From the NCBI GenBank assembly GCA_051313645.2, contig JBNRSN020000010.1, forward strand, positions 36,146,001-36,210,000: 64,000 bases of DNA, given 5' to 3'. Below the pieces are notes generated by a model that had not been told where the DNA came from, ran no database searches, and saw nothing but the letters and a program-made list of their open reading frames with translations. Made by a program: the position numbers and the translations under genes. Source of the DNA: Centroscyllium fabricii. Lineage: Eukaryota. Positions 23,979-36,087 of the stretch are shown in pieces (the stretch's first letter is position 1; every line of letters begins with the position of its first letter).

Positions 23979-25420
23979 TTTAAAGGGACACTGGGGCCCG
24001 TTTTAAAGGGACACTGGGGGCCATTTTAAAGGGACACTGGGGGCTATTTTAAAGGGACACTGGGGCCCATTTTAAAGGGACACTGGGGCCCATTTTAAAG
24101 GGACACTGGGGGCCATTTTAAAGGGACACTGGGGGTTATTTTAAAGGGACACTGGTAGCCATTTTAAAGGGACACCGGGGGCCATTTTAAAGGGACACCG
24201 GGGGCTATTTTAAAGGGACACTGGGGGCCATTTTAAAGGGACACTGGGGGCCATTTTAAAAGGACACTGGGGCCCATTTTAAAGGGACATTGGGGCCATT
24301 TTAAAGGGACACTGGGGGCCATTTTAAAGGGGCACTGGGGACCATTTTAAAGGGACACTGGGGCCCATTTTAAAGGGACATTGGGGCCATTTTAAAGGGA
24401 CACTGGGTGCCATTTTAAAGGGACACTGGGGGCTATTTTAAAGGGACACTGGGGGCCATTTTAAAGGGACATTGGGGCTATTTTAAAGGGACACTGGGGG
24501 CCATTTTAAAGGGACACTGGGGGCCATTTTAAAGGGACACTGGGGCCCATTTTAAAGGGACACTGGGGGTCATTTTAAAGGGACACTGGGGGCCATTATT
24601 AAGCGACACTGGGGGACATTTTAAAGGGACACGGGGCCATTTTAAAGGGACACTAGGGGCCATTTTAAAGCGACACTGGGGGCCCTTTTAAAGGGACATT
24701 GGGGCCATTTAAAAAGGACACTGGGGTCCATTTAAAAAGGACACTGGGGGCCATTTAAAAAGGACACTGGGGCCATTTTAAAGGGACACTGGGGGCCATT
24801 TTAAAGGGAAACTGGGGGCCATTTTCAAGGGACACTGGGGGCCGTTTTAAAGGGTCACCGGGGGCCCTTTTAAAGGGAAACTGGGGGCCATTTTAAAGGG
24901 ACACTGGGGGCCATTTCAAAGGGACACGGGAGCCTATTTTAATGCGGCACACGGGGCCATTTTAAAGGGACACGGGGGCCATTTTAAAGGGGCATGGGGC
25001 CATTTCAAAGGGGCACGGGGGCCATTTCAAAGATGCACGGGGGGCCATTTTAAAGGGGCACAGGGGGCCATTTTAAAGGGGCACGCGGGGCCATTTCAAA
25101 GGGACCCGGGGGCCATTTTAAAGGGCATGGGGGGCCATTTTAAAGGGCATGGGGGCCATTTTAAAGGGGCATGGGGGTCTTTTAAAGGGGCACAGCGACC
25201 ATTTTAAAGGGGCACAGGGGGCCATTTTAAAGGGGCACGGGGGGCCTTTTTAAAGGGACACGCAGGACCATTTTAAAGGGACACTGGGTGCCATTTTAAA
25301 TGGACACTGGGGGCCATTTTGAAGGGACACTGGGGGCCATTTTAAAGGGACACTGGGGGCCATTTTAAAGGGACACTGGTGACCATTTTAAAACGACACT
25401 GGGGGCCATTTTAAGGGTAC
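23979..25420. repeat. 23-bp minisatellite (TTTTAAAGGGACACTGGGGGCCA)n, left part
   Basis: About 60 tandem, slightly variable units. Confidence 0.95.
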
Positions 25421-28400
25421 TGTGGTAATCATATTACCATTGTATATAGTTGGATTGTAGTTGTTCTGCACCACATGACCCATGTGTATAGTTGATTGGT
25501 GCATTGGATGTATTGGATGTAGAACACGGTTGTAAGGCCAGGTCAGCCACACCTCTAACTCCTCCGCTCAGGTGGGAGCCTTATAGGCGAGGTCTGCCCT
25601 GCCCCCAGTCATTCTGAGCCTGATGTTCGTCTGGAGGCTAGCTCCATCGTTAAGCTAATAAAAGCCTATAGTTAAGGTAACTACTCGTCTTTAGTCTTAT
25701 TGACGATACGTCAATTTTATTAGCTTAAATTTTAACATGAGCAGCCCAGCGTCTAACCAACAAGAACCACAGGCGATGCAAGAACCAGAGGCGGCCGCGG
25801 AAAGCCATGCAGTGAAACCGGACAGACTGGATGTAAATCCACAGGAACCAGACGCTGCTAACGCCTTTGAACAGTGGTTCGGCCTAGTCGAGGCCTACAT
25901 GAGGGCCGCAAAGGCAACGAGCGACGGGGACAAACTGAAGGTCCTCTCGTCCAGAATCACCAGCTGGGTATTCTCCTTCATCCGCGGCCTCACGACGTAC
26001 ACAGAGGCGGTGAAGAAACTGAAGGAATGCTACTTGCGCCCGGTCCACTCGGTCTATGCCAGACACGTCCTGGCGACCAGACAACAGCGGCTCGGTGAGT
26101 CGAACGAACAATTTCTGTTGGCGCTTAAAGCCCTCGCTCGGGCCTGTGACTGCCAGCCACGAACGGCGCAGGAGGAGACGAACCTCCTCATACGGGACGC
26201 ATACGTGGCTGGAATCAGGTCCAACCAGGCCCGCGAGCGGTTACTGGAAAAGGACACTCTGTCACTGGAGGATGCGATCTTCATCTCCAACGCAGTGGAC
26301 GGAGCGCGCCGCAAGCTAGAGGCGTATGGCGGCCAAGGCCCACACGATACCCTCGATCCCTGAGTGGCCCCACGACAGGTCGAGAACCCCACAACGGCAG
26401 CGGCAGCGGCGAAGACGCCGTAGGAGCGTAGATGCTACTTCTGCAGCCAGGGACAACACCTGCGAGCGAAATGCCCCGCGAAGAATGTGACCTGCGAGAG
26501 ATGCGGCAAGAAGGGACACTACGCCAGGGCCTGCAAATCGGCCCCAGCGCCCAGCTCCAGATCCAACAGCGCGGTCTGCGAGAGCTCCAACGCCATCCCA
26601 TGGCCTAAGGTAAACTGCTGTTGCAGCGCGACCCGGCAGCGGTCCGGGGGTAAACCACAGGCGTCTCTGTCTCCCATCCCTGTACGGCAGAGGCTGGCCG
26701 CGCGCACGGCACGGGCACCGCCACGCCAATGGCGGCCGCGTTCGGCCATGTGCGACACCCCAATGCCGCCACCTCGCCCAGCGCGGACCGCTGCGTGCGA
26801 ACCATGGGCACCGCCACCTCGTCCACCGCGGTCCGCCGCGTGCGAACCACGGGCGGCACCATCTCGTCCACCGCGGTCCACCGCATGCGAACCACGGGCG
26901 CCGCCATCTCGTCCACCGCGGTCCACCGCGTGCGAATCAGTGGCGCCGCCATCTTGCCCTCAGCGGCCAGCCATCTGCGACTCCCCGGCGCCGCCATCTT
27001 GTTTCCAGCGGCCAGCCATGTGCGACTCCCCGGCGCCGCCATCTTGTCCACCGCGGTCGGCTGCGTGCGACTCCCCGGCACCGCCATCTTGTTTCCAGCG
27101 GCCAGCCATGTGCGACCCCCTGGCACCGCCATCTTGTGCACGGCTCCAGCTAGCGGAGGGCCCCTACACACACACACTTCGGCCTCAGCCATTGTCGACC
27201 AGGCTAGGCCGCACACCCTATCAAATTCCATGATGGGGATTAAAGTGGACGGTCACATTACAAACTGCCTGTTCGACACCAGAAGCACAGAGAGCTTCAT
27301 CCACCCCGACACAGTGCGGCGCTACGCACTGCGGACCCTGCCCACGCGTTACCAAATCTCCCTTGCTTCAAAGTCCCACACGGCGGACGTCACCGGCTAC
27401 TGCTCCGTCACGCTCACAGTCAGGGACTGCGTGTACCGTAATTTTAAACTGTACATACTCCAGCAGTTGTGCGCCCCAGTCTTACTGGGACTGGATTTCC
27501 AGTGCCACCTGAAGAGCGTGACAATGGAGTTCGGCGGGACCCTGACCCCCTCACCGTCAGTAGCCGGGACAATCCCTTCCTAAAGCGGAGCCTGACTTGC
27601 GGCCTATCCACCCTGAAAGTCGACCCCCCCTCGCTGTTCGCCAACCTCAACCCCAACTGCAAACCTATTGCTACCAAGAGTCGGCGTTACAGTGCAGGGG
27701 ACCGGGCATTTATCAGGTCGGAAGTCGGGCATATGCTGCAGGAGGGGATAACGGAGGCCAGCACCAGCCCCTGGCGGGCCCAGGTCGTAGTGGTTAAGAG
27801 CGGCGAGAAACTGCGGATGGTGATCGATTACAGCCAGACAATTAACCGCTACACCGGGCTCGACGCCTACCCCCTTCCCCGCATCTCGGATATGGTTAAC
27901 CAGATCGCCCAGTATACGGTCTTTTCGACAATCGACCTTAAGTCGGCGTATCACCAACTCCCAATCCGGAAATCTGACCGCCAGTACACCGCCTTCGAGG
28001 CGAACGGTCGGCTCTACCACTTCCTCCGGGTCCCCTTCGGCGTGACCAACGGGGTGTCGGTATTCCAAAGGGAGATGGACCGTATGGTTGACCAGAACGG
28101 GTTGCAGGCCACCTTCCCCTACCTGGACAACGTGACCATCTGCGGCCATGACCAGCAGGACCACGATGCCAACCTTGCAAAATTTCTCCACACGGCGAAA
28201 CGGCTCGATCTCACATACAATAAAGACAAGTGTGTCTTTAGAACAGATCGGCTCGCTATCCTCGGATACATGGTGGAAAACGGGGTCCTCGGCCCCGACC
28301 CACAGCGCATGCGCCCCTTACAGGAACTGCCCCTACCTCACAACCCCAAGGCCCTGAGGAGATGTCTGGGATTTTTCTCCTATTACGCACAATGGGTTCC

Positions 28401-30438
28401 CCAGTTCGTGGATAAGGCCAGACCGCTCCTCAAGGCCGACGTCTTCCCCCTCTCGGTAGAAGCCCAAACGGCATTCGCCCTGATTAAGGAAGACATCATC
28501 AAGGCGACCATGCATGCCGTTGATCAGTCCATCCCTTTCCAGGTGGAGAGTGACGCTTCGGACTTTGCCCTTGCCGCCACCCTGAACCAGGCAGGCAGGC
28601 CCGTTGCGTTTTTCTCCCAGACCCTACAGGGACCCGAAACTCGCCACTCAGCAGTGGAAAAGGAGGCCCAGGCCATCATGGAGGCAGTGCGCTACTGGCG
28701 TCAGTACCTGGCCGGTAAGCGTTTTACCCTGCTCACCGACCAACGGTCGGTCGCGTTTATGTTTAACAATAAACAAAAGGGTAAAATCAAGAATGATAAC
28801 ATCCTGCGGTGGCGGATCGAACTCTCGACTTACGAGTATGACATTCTTTACCGCCCAGGCAAATGCAACGAACCCCCGGACGCACTGTCCAGGGGAACGT
28901 GCGCCAGCGCCCAGCTGGACCAGCTGAAGGCCCTCTACGATAGCCTCTGCCGCCCGGGTGTCACCAGACTCGCCCATTTCGTTAAGTCCCGTAGCCTCCC
29001 CTACTCCATCACGGAGATCAAGGCTATGACCCGAGAGTGCCCTGTCTGCGCCGAGTGCAAACCCCAATTTTACAGGCCAGACACGGCGCACATCATCAAG
29101 GCCACCCGCCCCTTTGAACGTCTGAGCGTGGACTTCAAAAGCCCCCTCCCCTCCACCGACCGCAACTCGTACTTCCTCACGGTCGTGGACGAGTTCTCCC
29201 GCTTCCCCTTCGCCTTCCCCTGCCCAGATATGACGAGCGCAACGGTGATAAGACACTTCACCACGCTGTTCGCCATTTTCGGTCTCCCCAGCTACATCCA
29301 TAGCGACCGGGGGTCGTCGTTCATGAGCGACGAACTGTGTCAGTTTCTGCTTCAGAAAGGGGTTGCCGCAAGCAGAATGACCAGTTACAATCCCCCGGGG
29401 GAACGGCCAGGTAGAAAGGGAGAATGGGATCATCTGGAAGGCAGTCAACCTGGCCCTGAAGTCCAGAGGCATTCCAGTGTCCCGTTGGCAGGCAGTGCTC
29501 CCAGACGTGCTCCACTCCATCCGCTCTCTGCTGTGTACGGCTACAAATGCTACACCTCACGATCTATTATTTTCCTTCCCCAGGAAGTCGACTTCGGGGA
29601 CAGCACTCCCACCGTGACTCACGACGCCGGGGCCGGTCTTACTTAGGAAACATGTCCGCAGCCATAAGACCGACCCCCTGGTGGAAAAGGTGCAGCTGCT
29701 GCACGCCAACCCGCAGTATGCCTACGTGCAGTTCCTGGACGGGCGCGAGGACACAGTTTCAATCAGAGACCTAGCACCCGCCGGGAGCACTATGGCAGAA
29801 CCCCCGGTCGAGCCTCAGCCCGACCAGCCACCATCTACCGAACACTGGCCTATATATCAACCAACATCCACCGATTACTGGCCTAGATACGCACACACAC
29901 CGGGGCCCCCGACGCTATCGGACGACAACCTAGGGCCGGACGCCACGATGCAGGCACTGTTGCCGGAGGACCCGACCCCGTCACCACAACCGGCACCAGC
30001 GCCGCTACCGGAACCCCAGCGGTCATCACGACAGACACGACCACCGGAAAGACTCATAGAAAATTGCTGATACGGACACATATATTTTTTTTGCACTGTT
30101 CCGTTCCATTCACCCCGCCGGACTCATTTTCAAAGAAGGGGTGAATGTGGTAATCATATTACCATTGTATATAGTTGGATTGTAGTTGTACTGCACCACA
30201 TGACCCATGTGTATAGTTGATTGGTGCATTGGATGTATTGGATGTAGAACACGGTTGTAAGGCCAGGTCAGCCACACCTCTAACTCCTCCCCTCAGGTGG
30301 GAGCCTTATAGGTGAGGTCTGCCCTGTCCCCAGTCATTCTGTGCCTGATGTTCGTCTGGAGGCTAGCTCCATCGTTAAGCTAATAAAAGCCTATAGTTAA
30401 GGTAACTACTCGTCTTTAGTCTTATTGACGATACGTCA
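25421..30438 (+). mobile_element. Gypsy (Mag-like) LTR retrotransposon B, full length, non-tRNA PBS, inserted in the minisatellite
   Basis: 293-bp LTRs at 25421-25713 and 30146-30438. 5-bp TSD GGTAC, PPT aaagaaggggtgaa, gag-PR-RT-RH-IN. Confidence 0.95.
25737..30070 (+). pseudogene. gag-pol of element B, with stops and frameshifts
   Basis: ORF pieces 25737-26363, 26487-27233, 26729-27583, 27469-29646 and 29681-30070. Two zinc knuckles, RT YLDN, IN SDRGSSF. Confidence 0.9.
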
Positions 30439-30625
30439 GGTACACTGGGGGCCATTTTAAAGGAACACTGGGAGCCATTTTAAAAGGACACTGGGAGCCA
30501 TTTTAAAAGGACACGGGGCCGTTTTAAGGGGACACTGGTGGCCATTTTAAAGGGACACTGGGGGCCATTTTAAAGGGACACGGGGGCCATTTTAAAGGGA
30601 CACTGGGGACCATTTTAAAAGGACA
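30439..30625. repeat. 23-bp minisatellite, right part
   Basis: The same unit resumes directly after the 3' LTR. Confidence 0.9.
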
Positions 30626-31790
30626 GCAGGTTATGGGTGTTTGGGAGTTGTACCAGAGGTACTTTTGAAGCATACACCGGGAGCTCCTGGCATCAGTAGG
30701 GTCTGTGCCCCAGTAGGGAGTCAACTCCTTCAAGAAAGGAAGAAAGAAAAGAGAGGGGTAGAAAATGAGCAGAAAAAGGAGCACATTTTCCGATTGACGT
30801 GCAGAGCTGGGTTTTGACTTAACAGCTACTGTAATTCTGGGCGCAAAGGCTTGTGTGTTGACATCTGGGATTTTAATTGAGATGCTCAACCTTTTCCTAA
30901 AACAGATGGGAAGGTACTTGAGCAGCTTGGGGAAGGGGCTCCTGTTGCTAAGTCTTATCCCATTTACCGCATAATCCCTCCTGCCACTCACCCGGAACTC
31001 CACAGGCTTCAAAGGCCCAAGTCTGTAGAGAGGCCGATTCCAGGACTGGTCTGTGCCTTTTACAACTTTCTTGCAAGATGCCTGAATTCAATAGGGGGAG
31101 GACAGGGGGGAGAAAATGTTGGTCCAGACAAGCTGTGTAATTGTTTAACGCACATCAAACAGGTGATTTATGAAACCCTAGACTTTCCAGATTACTCTCT
31201 GTCTGGTGTGTGTGTATTTTCCTTTTAAAGTGAATCCCGGTAAAAGATTTCAACTGTTTCCCCTCCACCCCAAACATAATTTGGATCAAAGCCTTGGGCT
31301 CCACTCTACAATTACACACCAGCTGTAAACAAGGAGCTTTATTTATAACAAGTAAACTTCTCTTGGGGAACGCTGCGTTAAACTGAGCAGATTAAAAGAA
31401 ATAATTTGTATTTCTACAGCGCCTTTCATGATCTCAGGACATCTTAAAGTGCTTTACAGCCCATGAAGTACTTTTGAAGTGTAGTCATTGTTGTAATGTA
31501 GGAAACGCAGCAGCCAATTTGTGCACAGCAAGCTCCCACTGTAGTGTATGTGAGTAGGCTTGATAGACAGCCTGTGAGCCAATGGCAGAGCTGCTGTATG
31601 GGGACTATGTGGTGTATGGGAAAGGTTACTGTAATACCGCTTTAGGCCACTGTGTATAAATAGCGCTGCACTGAATGTAGTAGTGGGCTTCCACCTGGCC
31701 GATGATCGAGTAAAGACCTCTGTTAGTTACACACTGTGTCCGAGTATTTATTGTGTCTCACGCATACCTCAGGGACTCGAGACGCAACAC

Positions 31791-31808
31791 TGGCGACGAG
31801 GATGGGAT
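31791..31808 (+). promoter_or_regulatory. Primer-binding site, tRNA-Ser(GCT)-like
   Basis: TGGCGACGAGGATGGGAT, one base after the 5' LTR. Confidence 0.78.
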
Positions 31809-32578
31809 AACTCCGAGGTATACCGCAGTAGAAGGTAGTCTGCTGAAGCAAACAGACTTCTCCAGTGAAAGTCTGGAGACTTAGGCGTCAACCAAAGGAG
31901 CAGCCTAAAACACTACATGGATAAAGCCTGGAGACAGAGCCTAGAGGCTGGGCGACAACCAAAGGAGCAGCCCAAGCAGTGCACAGACAGAGCCTAGAAA
32001 CGGGGCGACGACCAAAGAAACAGCCCTAAGGCAGAAACGGACACAACCGTCAGGCAGCTGTAGAGAATCAAGGATTGATTCTCCAGCGTCGGGATAGCGG
32101 AGCAGACAGGCACAATCGGCGACCAGGGGTCTAGTAGACCGAAGCCACGGTAATTGACCCGGGGTGATTCGGGAAGCTCCCGGTGGTATAAAGGGCGGAC
32201 TCTGTATCTGGGGTGGGAAGGCCTACTGCCACGGAAAATGGGGCGCCACTCCACCGAGTAGACCGCGGGGATCGCGGAAGGAACCAGAGGTTAGGAAGTT
32301 GCGTAAATTTAGGGAAAAGACCGGGAAAGAAACGCCGTTTTTCCCGCGAACGCCATCTTGAAAAACAAAAAGGGCGCATAAAATACCGTTGTGGCGCGAA
32401 CGCCATCTTGAAAACCGAAAAGGGCGCAAAAAATACCGTTGTGGCGCGAACGCCATCTTGAAAACCGAAAAGGGCGCGAAAAATACCGTTGTGGCACGGA
32501 CGCCATTTTGAATAATTAAATAAAAAAATATATATATATATATTTCTGAGAAGCACTAGCCTAGACGAATAATCAAAC

Positions 32579-33328
32579 ATGACAAAAGTCCCTAGCTTAG
32601 CAGCTTTCGATAATGACATCGAGAACTGGGACACATATATTGACAGAGTTGAAATATATTGCGCAGCCAATAATATAGCAGAAGATAGAATAGCAATCAC
32701 TCTTCTGAATGTGATGGACGCGAAAACATTTGGACTGTTGAAAAGTTTAGCAACACCAGTAAAACCACTGGATAAAACGTACGCACAGATAGTCAAATTA
32801 TTAAAAGACCATCTGAACCCTACACCGTTGATAATAGCTGAACGATTTAAGTTTCATCGCAGAGACCAGCAGATAGGAGAGTCAAATGCTGAATATATTG
32901 CAGAACTGAGGAAGCTGGCAGACCGCTGCCAATATGGAGAGATGCGTACGGAACTGTTAAGGGACAGATTTGTGTGTGGATTACTTAGTGAAAGCACACA
33001 AAAGATACTGTTGACAAAGAAAGATTTAACCTTGGGAGCAGCGTTTAATATAGCGGTGTCTCACGAGTAAGCAGTTAGAAGTGCAGCAGAAATCAAACAT
33101 AGACCAAGGGAGCAGGAGTATCAGATGGATCAGATGTCTCAGGAAGTTCCGCGCTGTTTCCGTTGTGGTGGTATAAGTCATGAACAAAGCGTTTGTTGGG
33201 CCCGGGACAAAATGTGTAGGCGATGTGGGAAATTGGGACATCTAGCCAAAGCCTGCAACAGCAACACGAGCCGGGCAGCAACCAACTTCAACCCCAAGAT
33301 TAACCCAATCACGGGCAAACCCGTCTAA
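32579..33328 (+). pseudogene. Gag with one in-frame stop (TAA 33068-33070)
   Basis: ENWDTYIDRVE, AERFKFHRRDQ..GES, LRDRFVCGL, then in the same frame CFRCGGISH...C and CRRCGKLGHLAKAC. Confidence 0.88.
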
Positions 33329-34413
33329 GGACTCTATAGAATGGACAAGAGCGTTTTCCAAGAGAAAGATAAAGACCCTTATGTCGAGTGTCAGGACTTG
33401 GGATAACCGCAAGGACCCAGAACCGCATCGGGGAAGGAGAAGGGAAGCTGAAGACACTGTTCTAAAACAATTGTGATGATTGTGATAATGTTGTGTTAAA
33501 TGTTGAAAACACATGTTGGTAGAAAACCATGTTATAAGAAGTTAATTGGTTATTATGTTAATTCTAGGATAAGATCACAGTTGACACAAATGTAGTAAAT
33601 TAATCGGTTATTATGTAAGTAATAATACCGCACTGTTGTATAATGATACCTTCTATAAAAAAAAGAGGGGTGACGTGTTAATTTAGAAGGGGAGGGATGT
33701 AGTGTATGTGAGTAGGCTTAATAGACAGCCTGTGAGCCAATGGCAGAGCTGCTGTATGGGGACTATGTTGTGTATGGGAAAGGTTACTGTAATACCGCTT
33801 TAGGCCACTGTGCATAAATAGCGCTGCACTGAATGTAGTAGTGGGCTTCCACCTGGCCGATGATCGAGTAAAGACCTCTGTTAGTTACACACTGTGTCCG
33901 AGTATTTATTGCGTCTCACGCACACCTCAGGGACTCGAGACGCAACACCCACAAACAGCAATGTGATTAATGACCAGATAATCTGTTTTAGTGATGTTGA
34001 TTGAGGGATAAATATTGACCAGGAGAACAGCAAAAACTGGCATTTTATATAGCACCTTTCACGTAGTAAAATGTCCCAAGGTGCTTCACAGGTGTGTTAT
34101 GGCACCAAGGCAATATTACGACAGGAAGTAGGTATTCAGGAGCATTGTAAAGGAGGAGGATGTTGAGGGAGGGAATTCTAGATCTGAGTTGAACCATTCG
34201 AAACAGTGATGTAGATTCTTTTTTATCCACCTGAGAGGGCAGACGGGGCCTCGATTTAATGCTTCATCTGAAAGATGGCACCTCTGACAGTGCAGCACTC
34301 CACTGAAGTGTCAGCTTGGACATTTGTACTCAAGTCTCTGGAGTGATGCTTGAACCCATGACCTTCTAACTCCGAGGTGAGAGTGCTACCAACTGAACCA
34401 CAGGTGAGACTTA

Positions 34414-34623
34414 TGGACAATTGCAAGAAGTCACACAACACCAGGTTATAGTCCAACAGTTTTATTTTAAATCACAAGCTTTCGGAGCGTCTGCCCCTTC
34501 GTCAGGTGAAGGGGCAGAAGCTCCGAAAGCTTGTGATTTAAAATAAAACTGTTGGACTATAACCTGGTGTTGTGTGACTTCTTGCAATTGTCCACCCCAG
34601 TCCAACACCGGCACCTCCACATC
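34414..34623. mobile_element. Palindromic Penelope-type pLTR insertion carrying a hammerhead motif
   Basis: 87-bp inverted arms at 34414-34500 / 34508-34594 (1 mismatch). Flanking direct repeat GAGACTTATGGA (34406-34417 / 34624-34635). Minus strand CUGACGA-A-GGGGC agac GCUCC-GAAA-GCUU. Confidence 0.75.
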
Positions 34624-34926
34624 GAGACTTATGGAAGTAGAGAGAGCGACTGGTACCAAACAGAAGCAAGCACAGAGAATGAATGGTACAGCACAGAAGG
34701 AGGCCAGAGGAGGCCATTCAGCCCATCGTGCCTGTGCCATATAAGCAAAATCAAGACAGTATTTGCATGTAGCCTTCAATGCCCATTACACGTGACTGAA
34801 ATCCTACCGCCATTCTATACAAACGATTGCAGCAGTTTCAGACTCTGGCACTTTTTTTTGCAGTGTTGATTTGGTTGCCAGGGAGACCTGGAACATTAAA
34901 TATCCTCTGGGAATCATGGCCGTAGT

Positions 34927-35246
34927 GTATGTCTCCGGGAGACTCGCTGCTTCATGTCAGACGGTGTGTGTCTCCGGGAGACTCGCTGCTTCATGTCAGA
35001 CGGTGTGTGTCTCCGGGAGACTCGCTGCTTCATGTCAGACGGTGTGTGTCTCCGGGAGACTCGCTGCTTCATGTCAGACGGTGTGTGTCTCCGGGAGACT
35101 CGCTGCTTCATGTCAGATGGTGTGTGTCTCCGGGAGACTCGCTGCTTCATGTCAGACGGTGTGTGTCTCCGGGAGACTCGCTGCTTCATGTCAGATGGTG
35201 TGTGTCTCCGGGAGACTCGCTGCTTCATGTCAGACGGTGTGTGTCT
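34927..35246. repeat. 39-bp minisatellite, about 8 near-identical copies
   Basis: Unit GTCTCCGGGAGACTCGCTGCTTCATGTCAGAYGGTGTGT. Confidence 0.95.
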
Positions 35247-36024
35247 TTAACTTCTAAAACACACTTTGCCCCAGGTGGGTTCAGGGAGGGTGGGTGTCGG
35301 GGATAGTTAGAAACTCACCCACTGCAGGAGAACACAGGCCCGGGCTATTCCAACTCCTAGGCCTCGTCACCATGGCACTGCCGGCCTCTGGAAAATTGGC
35401 ATGAAGCTAGGTGTGTAGGGAAGAGGGTTTTTTGGGAGGGTCTCATGGGAGGAGAAGTCCAGGGAATGGGAGGCCTAAGCATTCCTTGTGGGGCCTACTT
35501 TCTCGGTCCTCCTGGCCCCACAAAGGAAAGTTTAAAAAAAAAACATACCTGTTTGGGCCCCTTCAGCCTCCCAGCAGGTCCTGACTCTCTTCAGCCCAGC
35601 TGAACAGTGGCTTCCCCGCTCAGGCCCAGAGTTAAAATTGCAGTCAAGGCCCAATTATGTCATCAGATCCCACCTTGCATATTTAAAGAAGGGCCCTGGT
35701 AGCTTTGAGTGGACGGCTTAGCTGCCATCTGGGCACCTGTGGAAAAATCGTGGTCGGCGGGATCTGGGTAGCTCGCGGGCGGGTAAGCCACCCGTACGAT
35801 TTTATCTACCCGCTTGCACAGTTCCTGCCAGGTGGGTAGAGTTAAAATTGATCCCAGTATGTTGGAGTGAGGTCCAAGGTCTCTGTGTTGAATGAGAAAG
35901 CTCTGTTATCCCTGTCATCCCCAGGAGAGCTTCATTGATGCCGGGAGCACCGTGCTGAGTAAGGGTCTTTCTTCCTGTCAGTACTCCATGGACGTTGCTT
36001 AATTCTTGCCTTCTGTCCTTACAG

Positions 36025-36087
36025 ATGCAGGAGCTAGAACAAAGAGTGATTGAGGCTGACCAGCGGGCAGAGAATGCAGAGAAACAG
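36025..36087 (+). CDS. PLEKHH1: Internal coding exon of PLEKHH1-like gene (PH/MyTH4/FERM, MAX-1 family): MQELEQRVIEADQRAENAEKQ
   Basis: Pyrimidine tract plus ACAG acceptor, 63 nt in phase 0, GT donor. Peptide matches the recalled PLEKHH1 N-terminal coiled coil. The paralogue PLEKHH2 is not excluded. Confidence 0.8.

Larger units (their letters stand above)
31540..33947 (+). mobile_element. Non-autonomous Gag-only LTR retrotransposon (Mag-like)
   Basis: 250-bp LTRs at 31540-31789 and 33698-33947, 5-bp TSD CCCAC, tRNA PBS, PPT agaaggggaggga. Contains gag but no pol. Confidence 0.92.
31395..34405 (-). mobile_element. SacSINE1-like DeuSINE split by an LTR element and an L2 fragment
   Basis: Pieces at ~31395-31539, 33948-34040 and ~34200-34405 are colinear with the reverse complement of 11476-11937. 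Confidence 0.7.

Noticed and set aside
23979-25420. CRISPR-like appearance of the 23-bp and 39-bp arrays
   Set aside because: Head-to-tail units without unique spacers, no cas genes, and a vertebrate context.
35265-35856. Possible Harbinger-like MITE upstream of the first exon
   Set aside because: Only one plausible terminus (gttaaaattgatccc) was found, and no TSD could be established by eye.
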